64,000 nucleotides of DNA from Candidatus Binatia bacterium (GTDB lineage Bacteria > Desulfobacterota > Binatia > HRBIN30): NCBI GenBank assembly GCA_038245295.1, contig JBBRSP010000016.1, positions 54,327 through 118,326 on the forward strand, given 5' to 3'. This document shows, piece after piece, positions 19,258-27,579 of the stretch; the first letter of the stretch is position 1; the number at the start of each line of letters is the position of its first letter. The notes under the pieces are model-generated. The model did not search any database. It was not told the origin of the DNA and saw only the letters and a program-made list of their open reading frames with translations. Position numbers and translations under genes: made by a program.

Positions 19258-20283
19258 TTACTCCCAGCTCACGACGACCTTGCCGATCGAAGCGCGGCCC
19301 TCGAGGAAGCTGTGTGCGGCAGCGATCTGGCTGACGGGATAGCGGCCACCGACGTGCGGCTTGATCTCACCATCGACGGCCAGCTTGACGCAGGCTTGCA
19401 GCACACGCTGCAACACGAGAGGCCGATCGTCGGAGATATGCAGCATGTTGACGCCAAGGATCGACTTCGAGTGGATCAGGAGCGGTATCGGATGTTGGAA
19501 CCCAAAGGATAACGCGAAACGAACGTCCTTGAGGATCTGCAGACTTCCCGCCTCACGCGACGCCGCACCAAAACAGACGATACGGCCGCCCGAGGCAAGG
19601 AGCTTGATGCCGTCACGCACCGCCGCTCCGCCGAGTGAATCGAAAACCACGTCTAGCCCGTCGCTGCCACGCAGCTTCTTGACGGCGTCGAAGAAGCTGG
19701 TGCGCCGGTAGTTGATTGGATGGTCGACACCGATCGACCGGAGATAGTCGAGCTTGTCATCGGAGCCGGCCGTACCGTAAACAACGGCGCCGCGCCGTTT
19801 GGCGAGCTGAACCAGCGCCGTCCCGACACCACCGGCGGCGGCCTGCACGAGGACGTGATCCCCAGGGTAGAGGCGCACCATCTCTTCGGCGCAGTAGTAT
19901 GCCGTGCCGTACTGCGTCGCCAAGGCCGTCGCCACACCAGCGTCCATCGAGTCGGGAATCGGCACGGCGGCGCGCGCATCGGTCAGCGCGTGCGTCGCGT
20001 ACCCACCAAAACGCGTCAGGGCTGTGACCCGCGTACCCAGCGCCGGCTCACTCACCCCGGCCCCAAGCTTCTCGACGCGCCCGACAACTTCGTAGCCGAT
20101 CACCGAGGGCAGTGGAGGCGCGTCCTGGTAGGTACCGTGCCGCGCCGAGACATCGGCATAGTTCAATCCGAAGGCCTCCACCGCGATGCGCACCTGGCCC
20201 GCCGCCGGCTCCGGAGTCGGCAGATCACGAATCGAGAACGCCTCTTCACTGGAACCATGCTTGATAAGGACAACGGCTTTCAT
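19258..20283 (-). CDS. Medium-chain dehydrogenase/reductase (zinc-independent, VAT-1/enoyl-reductase-like)
   Basis: MKAVVL start, GLNYAD, GYEVVG, AAAGGVGTA, GLDVVFDSLGG, GKVVV. Confidence 0.9.
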   Translation of the reverse strand: MKAVVLIKHGSSEEAFSIRDLPTPEPAAGQVRIAVEAFGLNYADVSARHGTYQDAPPLPSVIGYEVVGRVEKLGAGVSEPALGTRVTALTRFGGYATHALTDARAAVPIPDSMDAGVATALATQYGTAYYCAEEMVRLYPGDHVLVQAAAGGVGTALVQLAKRRGAVVYGTAGSDDKLDYLRSIGVDHPINYRRTSFFDAVKKLRGSDGLDVVFDSLGGAAVRDGIKLLASGGRIVCFGAASREAGSLQILKDVRFALSFGFQHPIPLLIHSKSILGVNMLHISDDRPLVLQRVLQACVKLAVDGEIKPHVGGRYPVSQIAAAHSFLEGRASIGKVVVSWE

Positions 20284-20322
20284 GCGCGCCCCATACAAGG
20301 GTGGGCGGGCAAGCCGCAAGGT

Positions 20323-20443
20323 CATTTGGCCATCTCGCCATTTGGCCAACTAGAGCCGTTCACCGTCCTGCCATTTGATCCTGGCATTTGCGGCAAGCCT
20401 TGGCCAAACGACAAATGGCCAAATGGCAAGAGGGCAAGATGGC
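20323..20443. repeat. Inverted array of degenerate 8-bp repeats (CATTTGGC / GCCAAATG)
   Basis: Left arm CATTTGGC CATCTCGC CATTTGGC, right arm AAATGGCC AAATGGCA AGAGGGCA AGATGGC; related element at 60204-60350. Confidence 0.65.
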
Positions 20444-20449
20444 TACGCC

Positions 20450-20480
20450 TTGACAGGTCGGCGGGAACAGCCCTTATATC
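20450..20480 (+). promoter_or_regulatory. Possible sigma70-type promoter for the ADO-like operon
   Basis: Perfect TTGACA at 20450-20455 and AT-rich TTATAT near 20474; -10 match imperfect. Confidence 0.35.
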
Positions 20481-20502
20481 CATGGTCCGAGAAGGAGTGC
20501 CA

Positions 20503-21243
20503 ATGACTGCTGCCGGAGAGACCTCGACTATACAAACAACCGAAGAACGGGAGTCCGCCGGAAAGCTGATGGGACTCGTCGTTTTTGGCGAGATGGTCGC
20601 CGCACGCACTTATAAACTGATGGCTGATCTGCGACCCGAGTTCGCAACGATTCTGCGCAAGTTCGCCTCGATGGAAGGCCAGCATGCCACCTGGTTCCGC
20701 GACACCAGCCAGCGCAACGGCATCGAGCTCGACAAGGATTTTGCCGATAAAGAGCTCGGTTACCTGATCGATCAAGTCGACAACTACTCGGCCCAGAAAG
20801 ACTTCGACGCCTTGATGATTGTGCAAGGCTTCATCGTCGAGAGTCTGGCCATCGCCACCTATGAGCCTTTCCTGGAGATCGCCCCGAAGTACGAGGGTGC
20901 CAGTGCCGCGTTCGCGCAGGCGTTGGCCGACGAGCGTTATCACGTCGACTGGGTGACTCGTTACCTGCGGCTGCGCTTCTTCGACAACCACGACGAGTTC
21001 ATGTCGCTGACCGACCGCGTCAATGTCCAAGGCATCGATTGCGTCGGCGGCACACTCATGAGCATCGCCAACGGCTTGAAAAGCGTTGGCCTTTCGGCGG
21101 CCGATTGCACGGGCGCGATGATGGACGAATACACGAGCCTCCTCGAGAATGTCGGCGTCGAGTCGCGACGCGCCACCAAGGCCGTAGTCAGCTTGTTCGT
21201 ACCGTTGGCGCAAAAGTATCGCCGCCGCCCAGAAGCGCACTGA
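20503..21243 (+). CDS. Aldehyde-deformylating oxygenase (long-chain fatty aldehyde decarbonylase) homolog, ferritin-like di-iron protein
   Basis: RBS GAAGGAG at 20491. 246 aa with E30, E58xxH61, E113, E144xxH147; blocks GEMVAARTY, MEGQH, DKDFA, IVQGFIVESLAIATY, DERYH, YTSLLENVG align with cyanobacterial ADO as recalled (GEQEA, MEQRH, IQSLIIECFAIAAY, DEYLH, YGEALENIG). Confidence 0.82.
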   Translation: MTAAGETSTIQTTEERESAGKLMGLVVFGEMVAARTYKLMADLRPEFATILRKFASMEGQHATWFRDTSQRNGIELDKDFADKELGYLIDQVDNYSAQKDFDALMIVQGFIVESLAIATYEPFLEIAPKYEGASAAFAQALADERYHVDWVTRYLRLRFFDNHDEFMSLTDRVNVQGIDCVGGTLMSIANGLKSVGLSAADCTGAMMDEYTSLLENVGVESRRATKAVVSLFVPLAQKYRRRPEAH

Positions 21244-21272
21244 GTAAACCGGAAGCGAAAGGCGCTTTCCCC

Positions 21273-21899
21273 ATGGAGGACTCACTCGAAGCACTCTTCT
21301 GGGCGATTCTGCGGCGCTTCGAGAGTGCCGCGATCCGCCAGTATGACCGTGTTGCGCCAGAGCTGGCCGAGGCCGCCAAGCGTGCCTATGTCGCCCGGCT
21401 CCAAGACTGTGGCGCCACCGATGCGGTGCTCGATGCCAGCGAGTTGGCCGCACCGGTGCGAGACCTTCTAGCCACCGCCGCCAATAATGATCTGGTGACG
21501 ACGTTGATCGTCCAGGGCTTATTTCTCGAGCATCTTGGTCGAGCCATCTATCGCGTCGCCGGCGAGCAAGATTCCATGAGCCCGGAAAGCCGCGCCCTCG
21601 CCGCCGATGGCATCGTCGCCAGTGATGCCGTGGTGGCGCGCTGCACGGAATTGCTGGCCCGCACGATTCCCAACGGAGAAGATTTGTTCCACCGCTTTGT
21701 CGACGCCTCGCGCGACCTGGTCGAGCGGCTCGACACACTGGGCGAGGCGGTCGACCATGTGTTCGGCGAACGCTTCCACCTGCACTTCCGCGACATCATG
21801 GGCGACTTCACCGCCGACCTGCTGCCGGCCTGCGTCGAGCTCGGCATGACACGCCGAAAAGTCGTGGCGCATTTGACCGGCGCACTCATGGGGATCTGA
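21273..21899 (+). CDS. Degenerate ADO-like ferritin-fold protein lacking both ExxH motifs
   Basis: FESAAIRQY matches GEMVAARTY and DLVTTLIVQGLFLEHLGRAIY matches DFDALMIVQGFIVESLAIATY of the upstream gene; 208 aa; no ExxH at equivalent positions. Confidence 0.65.
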   Translation: MEDSLEALFWAILRRFESAAIRQYDRVAPELAEAAKRAYVARLQDCGATDAVLDASELAAPVRDLLATAANNDLVTTLIVQGLFLEHLGRAIYRVAGEQDSMSPESRALAADGIVASDAVVARCTELLARTIPNGEDLFHRFVDASRDLVERLDTLGEAVDHVFGERFHLHFRDIMGDFTADLLPACVELGMTRRKVVAHLTGALMGI

Positions 21900-21907
21900 C
21901 CGACTCG

Positions 21908-23077
21908 ATGCGCGTCGCCAGCGGAGAAGCGGTTTGCATCACCGGCGCCAGCGGCTACGTCGGCCGTCTCGTCGCCGCGGCGTTGCTGGCATACGAGGAC
22001 GTCGATCTCGTCATCCCGGTGCGCGAGAAGTACAGCGCCGCCGATATTGCCACTGCGGTTGCCAAGGAGTGCGAGACCCTCGGCACACCGGCTTCGCCCG
22101 AGATGCTGCGTCGCCTGCACGTGGTGGCGCTACCCCCGACAAGCGAAATGGCATCACTCGGGCCGCTGCTGCGCCAGCATCGGGTTCGCCAGATCATCCA
22201 CTGTGCCGGCTCCCTCAGTTACTTCAGCGCCAGCAAGCTGAAGGAAGGCAACCTCGATCTGACGCGCGCCCTGCTCGATGTCGCCAAGGCCAACGGCGTC
22301 CATCGATTCCTCTACATGTCGACCGCCTTCAGCGCCGGCTTCGTTGCCGGACAGGTGCGGGAAGCCCTGCACCACGATCCGCCCGAGGACCCAACCGAAT
22401 ATACGCGTTCGAAGCGCCAGACCGAACACATGGTCGCCGACAGCGGGCTCGATTACGTCATCCTGCGGCCGTCGATCGTCATCGGCCACAGCCGCAGCGG
22501 CCTCTACTCGGGGCGACCGTATGGCCTCTACCAACTGTGGAACGCCGGCGAACGGTTCATGAGTGACCGCTACACCCCCGTCTTGCACGCCATCGCCCCG
22601 CGCGTTCCGCTGCAGGTCGTGCATCAAGACGCCGTGCAGGCGGCGGTATTGGCCGCCTACCGCGAGATTCCAAGCGGCGGTGTGTTGCACATTGTGTCGC
22701 GCGAAGCCTCGCTACCGACGGTGCGCGAGATGTGGGATTTGTGGTTCGGCGCCTGGGCGCGTCCACAAGAGATGCACTACTACGACACGCTCGAAGAAGT
22801 GCCCATGCAGGAGCTCGACCGCCAACAGCGCTGGCTCGTCGAGTTCGCCGCCGCCAATATCGAAATCTCGACCCATCCCTGGCATTTTGCGGCGCATCGC
22901 CTGGACGCCCTGCGCCGGGACGGCCTCGCCTTTACCGATGCCAGCATCGAAACCGTGGCCAACTCGCAGCGCGTCTTCATGCAGAACTCGCCGCGCATTC
23001 GCCGCTTCCTCGAAGCGCATGCCGATAAGATTCCGGCAGCGTCGGCCACCGCGCCGCATTCCGCCGGCTCGGAGTGA
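21908..23077 (+). CDS. Extended SDR, thioester reductase / fatty acyl reductase-like
   Basis: ITGASGYVG, IIHCAG, YMSTAF, YTRSK (YxxxK), LRPSIVIGHSRSG. Confidence 0.8.
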   Translation: MRVASGEAVCITGASGYVGRLVAAALLAYEDVDLVIPVREKYSAADIATAVAKECETLGTPASPEMLRRLHVVALPPTSEMASLGPLLRQHRVRQIIHCAGSLSYFSASKLKEGNLDLTRALLDVAKANGVHRFLYMSTAFSAGFVAGQVREALHHDPPEDPTEYTRSKRQTEHMVADSGLDYVILRPSIVIGHSRSGLYSGRPYGLYQLWNAGERFMSDRYTPVLHAIAPRVPLQVVHQDAVQAAVLAAYREIPSGGVLHIVSREASLPTVREMWDLWFGAWARPQEMHYYDTLEEVPMQELDRQQRWLVEFAAANIEISTHPWHFAAHRLDALRRDGLAFTDASIETVANSQRVFMQNSPRIRRFLEAHADKIPAASATAPHSAGSE

Positions 23078-23196
23078 ATCATCTTCCGCCGTCGCCGCGG
23101 CCCTCGCCCTGCGCCTACACAGACGTGGTGAATTCATCTTCCAGAGTTGACACGAAAGCGCGGCCGGCGGCACCTGAGTGGTGAAGGAGTCGATGT

Positions 23197-24252
23197 ATGG
23201 ATCGGTCCAACTACACCCATCTCGACGAAGCGTTCGACATGCTGACGGACTGCGGTCCCGACATGAAGAATGGCTTTACAAATCACGGCCCGATGGCAGC
23301 CGAAGCCCTTTGTGCGCTTGGCCGCGCCGATGCCGTGCTCGATTGGGTGGAGAATTACCGTCGCGGCGGCCTGCCCTGGGCGCCGTCGCGCCAAACCATC
23401 GATCAGAACAACTGGCGGGAGGCGTTGGCCCGGGAAGACCGCATCAGCGATTGGCGCGCCTTCTTTCACGCAGAGATGCAGGGAGCGACGTGGCAGGAGG
23501 TCCTGAACCGTTGGGCCGGCCAACTCGCACCGGGCATCTGCGCCGCCGCAGCCCATGGCGTCATCCGCGTCGGCCACGCGGCGCGTGCCCTCGGCGCCGA
23601 GGAAACAGCGCTGCGGCGCGCCGAGCTCGCCGACGCACTGGCCTCGTGGGCCTACGCGTATCAAGAGTTGCCGACGCAAACACCGATTTCGCCGGGCACG
23701 CTCACCCCGCATCAGGCCTTCGGCCGGGTACCGCTGATGCCACCGGAACAGCGGCGCTTCAGTGGCACGATTGTGTCCTCTCTCTATGCTTTGAATGACT
23801 TCCCCGCGTTTGCACCGGTGATTGGATTGATCGATGTCCGCGGCGAACCCCAGCGCCTGGTCGGCCAGATGACCGAGGTCTTTGCCCGGGTCTATCTAGA
23901 AAACGCCAAGGACGTTCTGACGTCGATCGTTTTCATCCATGGCGTCACCGGCATCGACGCACTCGGCAACATGCTTCCGTACCTCGACGACGCAACGGCG
24001 CGCACGGCGCTAGGGTATGCGTGGCAAGCGAGTTGCGGACTTTACGCGGCGTTCGGCACACACCCCCTGGGCGGAAGCGAAATCGAAGCGCCCCGCGAAA
24101 ACGACGAAACGCTCGTCGAGATGGCTGTCGGCCACGGCGACGAACACGTCATCAAGTTTACCGAAGCGTGTTTGCACCAGCATTCGCTCAACCCTTCACC
24201 CGCCTACCTTGCCGCCGCTCGCCACGTCATCGACGCACTACCGCGCTCATAA
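23197..24252 (+). CDS. Questin oxidase family protein (DUF4243)
   Basis: NHGPMAAEALCALG, AAAHGVIRVGHA, FIHGVTG, HGDEHVIKFTEAC; RBS AAGGAG upstream. Confidence 0.75.
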   Translation: MDRSNYTHLDEAFDMLTDCGPDMKNGFTNHGPMAAEALCALGRADAVLDWVENYRRGGLPWAPSRQTIDQNNWREALAREDRISDWRAFFHAEMQGATWQEVLNRWAGQLAPGICAAAAHGVIRVGHAARALGAEETALRRAELADALASWAYAYQELPTQTPISPGTLTPHQAFGRVPLMPPEQRRFSGTIVSSLYALNDFPAFAPVIGLIDVRGEPQRLVGQMTEVFARVYLENAKDVLTSIVFIHGVTGIDALGNMLPYLDDATARTALGYAWQASCGLYAAFGTHPLGGSEIEAPRENDETLVEMAVGHGDEHVIKFTEACLHQHSLNPSPAYLAAARHVIDALPRS

Positions 24253-24321
24253 GACGGTTCGAGAACCGCCGCTTGCGTTAGGCTAAACCCGTATGCGAGA
24301 AACCGCGACGGTGGGTGCAGA

Positions 24322-25068
24322 GTGAATAAAGAAGCTCAGCGTCGAGTCGAACAGGATCGTCTGTTCGCCGAAGAGCGTCGAACGATCCAGGATTTCAACT
24401 TCGGTGCCGATACCGCCGCCGTCTTCGACGATATGCTCGGCCGCTCGGTGCCGTTTTACGACGAAATCCAGCGCATGATTGCCGAGATGGTCGACGATCT
24501 CGGTGTCGACGGCACCAACGTCTACGACCTCGGCTGCTCGACGTGCGCCACGTTCCGTCAGCTGGCCGGCGTCAGCAAGGACGTCAACTTCATCGGCATC
24601 GACGACTCACGCGCCATGCTGGATCGCGCCGAAAAGGAACTGGCGGCCGCCGGCTTCAACCGACGCTACGAGTTGCGCGAACAGGACCTCCACAAAGGTC
24701 TGCAGATCGAGAACGCCTCGGTCGTCATCTTGAATCTCACCTTGCAGTTTGTGCGTCCGTTGTATCGCGAGCGTTTGCTGAAGACGATTTTCGACGGCCT
24801 GCAGCATCAAGGCGCTTTGATCATGGTCGAAAAGGTGCTGGCGAAGGGAACATTGGAGAGTCGCCTGTTCATCAAGTACTACCACGCGATGAAACGGCGC
24901 AACGGCTACTCGCTCACCGAGATCAACCAGAAGCGCGAGGCGCTCGAGAATGTCTTGATTCCCTACCGCCTCGAGGAAAACGAGCTGCTGCTGCGGGAGA
25001 CCGGCTTTACGGGCGTCGAGATCTTCTTCAAGTGGTACAACTTCTGCGGCCTGGTGGCGCTGAAATGA
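24322..25068 (+). CDS. cmoA: Carboxy-S-adenosyl-L-methionine synthase
   Basis: VFDDMLGRSVPFY, VYDLGCS, IENASVVILNLTLQF, KRRNGYSLTEINQKREALENVL, WYNF. Confidence 0.88.
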   Translation: MNKEAQRRVEQDRLFAEERRTIQDFNFGADTAAVFDDMLGRSVPFYDEIQRMIAEMVDDLGVDGTNVYDLGCSTCATFRQLAGVSKDVNFIGIDDSRAMLDRAEKELAAAGFNRRYELREQDLHKGLQIENASVVILNLTLQFVRPLYRERLLKTIFDGLQHQGALIMVEKVLAKGTLESRLFIKYYHAMKRRNGYSLTEINQKREALENVLIPYRLEENELLLRETGFTGVEIFFKWYNFCGLVALK

Positions 25069-25862
25069 CCGCCGTACCGCCACTCAGCGAGGCGGCGTCG
25101 AGTCCGGGCGCGAAGTTATTCTCGGCACTCGGCCGTTTTGTCTTCCGCTACCGCGATTACCTGGCGCCGGTCATCGCGATTCTCATACTGCTGCTGACCG
25201 AGCCGTGGCCATTTCTTGGCAGCCCCTATGCCGATCGCTGGCTCGGATTCTTCGGCTTCGTGGTGGCGTTGCTCGGGCAGGCGATCCGCATGACGGTCAT
25301 CGGCTACGCCTACATCGTGCGTGGCGGCGTCAACAAGGAGATTGCGGCGCCGCGCCTGGTCGCGGAAGGCTTCTACGCCCACAGCCGCAATCCGATGTAT
25401 CTCGGAAACTTCCTGCTCATCATCGGTTTGGCGCTGGTCTATAACTCGCCGGCCGTCTACCTGGTCGGCCTGCCTCTGTGTATCATCGGCCTGGTTTCGA
25501 TCGTGCGGGCCGAAGAGGAATTTCTGCTCGGCCGCTTCGGTGCCGAGTACGCCGAGTATTGCAGACGGGTACCGCGTTTCATTCCCAACATGCGGGGCTT
25601 GTATGCGACCTTGTCGGGCATGCAGTTCGACTGGCGTCGCGTGCTGCGCAAGGAGTACGGTACGACGCTGGCATGGACCAGCGCGATGACGATCTTCCTC
25701 GCCGTCGAGCAAGTCCATTGGGACGGCTTGTCGGAAAGCGACGACGAGCTGACCGCTCTGGGCGTCTCCTGGGCCGTCGTCTTCGCCGCCTACCTGATCG
25801 TGCGCTGGCTCAAAAAAAGTCGCCGCCTGGAAAGTGCGCCGGCCGCATCCGCCGTCCGGTAG
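25065..25862 (+). CDS. Isoprenylcysteine carboxyl methyltransferase (ICMT/PEMT) family membrane protein
   Basis: GFYAHSRNPMYLG, EEEFLLGRFGAEYAEYCRRVPRF; ATGA overlap with cmoA stop. Confidence 0.85.
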   Translation: MTAVPPLSEAASSPGAKLFSALGRFVFRYRDYLAPVIAILILLLTEPWPFLGSPYADRWLGFFGFVVALLGQAIRMTVIGYAYIVRGGVNKEIAAPRLVAEGFYAHSRNPMYLGNFLLIIGLALVYNSPAVYLVGLPLCIIGLVSIVRAEEEFLLGRFGAEYAEYCRRVPRFIPNMRGLYATLSGMQFDWRRVLRKEYGTTLAWTSAMTIFLAVEQVHWDGLSESDDELTALGVSWAVVFAAYLIVRWLKKSRRLESAPAASAVR

Positions 25863-25914
25863 AAGAGCGTTCGGAGCCGGGCCTCAGCGCCCTCGGCTTC
25901 TGCGGTGCAGTTTC

Positions 25915-26637
25915 TCAGGCGAGGTTGTGGAAGACCCTCTGTACGTCGTCATCCTGCTCCAGGCCATCGACGAGCTTGAGCACCGCGGTTGATTGCTCCG
26001 TGGCCAACTCCGTTGGCGTCATCGGGATGTACTCCGACTCGGCCAACAACGGCTTGATGCCGCGATCTTCGAGAGCCTTCTGCAAACGGCCGAAGTCGGC
26101 AAAGGCACAGCGCAGCAGCAGCTGAGCTTCGCCTTTCTCACCGGTGGTGTCGCCCATCTCTTCGAGTCCGTGATCGATCATCTCGAGCTCGAACTCTTCC
26201 TGATCGAGTCCGGCCGGGTCTAGACGGAACACACCCATCCGTTTGAACAGGAACCCGACGCTGCCGTTGGTTCCTAGATTGCCGCCGCCTTTGTTGAACA
26301 GGTTGCGCAGATTGGAGACGGTGCGGGTTGGGTTGTCGGTGGCGGTTTCGACCAGAATGGCAATGCCGTGCGGTGCGTAGCCTTCGTAGAGAATTTCCTC
26401 ATAGGCCGCCGCATCCTGGCCCGAAGCACGCTTGATCGCCGCTTCGACCTTCTCCTTCGGCATGTTGACGGCACGGGCATTTTGGATCACTCGGCGCAGC
26501 TGCGGGTTCGCTGCCGGGTCGGTCCCGCCCGCTTTCACCGCGATGACAATTTCTTTGCCGCAGCGGGTGAACGCCTTGGCCATGCGGTCCCAACGCGCGA
26601 ACATGGTGTGTTTACGAGTCTCGAAAATACGTCCCAT
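25915..26637 (-). CDS. yebC: YebC/PmpR family protein
   Basis: [42 protein letters not shown]. Confidence 0.95.
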   Translation of the reverse strand: MGRIFETRKHTMFARWDRMAKAFTRCGKEIVIAVKAGGTDPAANPQLRRVIQNARAVNMPKEKVEAAIKRASGQDAAAYEEILYEGYAPHGIAILVETATDNPTRTVSNLRNLFNKGGGNLGTNGSVGFLFKRMGVFRLDPAGLDQEEFELEMIDHGLEEMGDTTGEKGEAQLLLRCAFADFGRLQKALEDRGIKPLLAESEYIPMTPTELATEQSTAVLKLVDGLEQDDDVQRVFHNLA

Positions 26638-26740
26638 AGGTCGTCAACTCCGCCGTGAGGTTCTGATTCAAACGCCGATATCTAGCGTTGCCGTTGCGGC
26701 GGAGTAAAGGCTCCTGTTCGGGCTGGCGACTTCGCCGCTC

Positions 26741-27478
26741 TTACTTCAGGATAGCCTTGAGTGCAGCGGCGGCGGCCGAGATTGCCAGATCGAAGCCATC
26801 ATAGGTGGTTGCGGCCGGTGGATAGTCCGCGGCGGCGCCGCCGGTGAGCCTTTCGGTTCGCAAACGCGCCCGCTCTTGTTCGAGCTCCTCGATCTCGCGG
26901 GTGCGAGACTTCGCCATTCCACCGGACCGAAGGAACTCCACCAGACGCCGTAGCTCATCGCGATCGAACCACGTGCCGTGCTGCCGGCATACGTCGATAA
27001 TGACGCGCGAGCAACGTGCGAAGTTGACGCGATTCATGAGGCCGTTGCAGCGCGGACAAGGAACGTAGCGCACACTCTCCATGCCAACCGCATCGTCGGG
27101 TGTCTTTGGCGCCGGCATGCCGAGCACGGCCGCCTGCTTTTCGCGATCGGCACAGACTTCGGTGAGCGCGTCGGCGTCCAGCCACAAGCCCTGGCATTTG
27201 GCACATTCGCGCAAACTGATCTCGCCGACGGCAGCGGCGTTCATCGCCACGCGGCAGCGTGGGCAAAGCTGCGGCTTCGCGTCGGCAAGGTCGACGCGAT
27301 TTGCTTTGGCACCGCAATGCGCGCAAAACTTGGTGCCGACGAAGACCATGCCAAAGCAAGACGGACAGGCGACAGTGGCCAGCCGCGCCCCGCAATGCCC
27401 GCATGCCGTCGCCTCCGTCGAAGCCGGGGCGCCACACATCGGGCAGTTGAGTGTTTCAGCGACCATCGTGGTTCCCAC
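26741..27478 (-). CDS. Multi-zinc-ribbon protein (double zinc ribbon plus two zf-TFIIB-like units)
   Basis: CPMCG, CGHCG, CPSC, CAHCG, CPRC...CAKCQGLWLD, CPRC...CRQHGTWFDRDEL. Confidence 0.8.
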   Translation of the reverse strand: MGTTMVAETLNCPMCGAPASTEATACGHCGARLATVACPSCFGMVFVGTKFCAHCGAKANRVDLADAKPQLCPRCRVAMNAAAVGEISLRECAKCQGLWLDADALTEVCADREKQAAVLGMPAPKTPDDAVGMESVRYVPCPRCNGLMNRVNFARCSRVIIDVCRQHGTWFDRDELRRLVEFLRSGGMAKSRTREIEELEQERARLRTERLTGGAAADYPPAATTYDGFDLAISAAAAALKAILK

Positions 27479-27579
27479 TTTCCATCAACTGTTTCTTTCG
27501 CCGTGGTACATGTAGATTGATGCACTTTCCAGAGGTACGTAGTTCGCGCCTGGGGTAGAACCAATCGAAAGGAGCGCTC

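Noticed and set aside
19720..20502. N-terminal 261 aa of the 507-aa ORF 19720..21243
   Set aside because: Antisense shadow of the MDR gene plus translated octamer repeats; a good RBS and ATG at 20503 define the real gene.
24543..25064. Long N-terminal extension of the ICMT-family ORF
   Set aside because: Out-of-frame overlap with cmoA; ATGA coupling at 25065 gives the real start.
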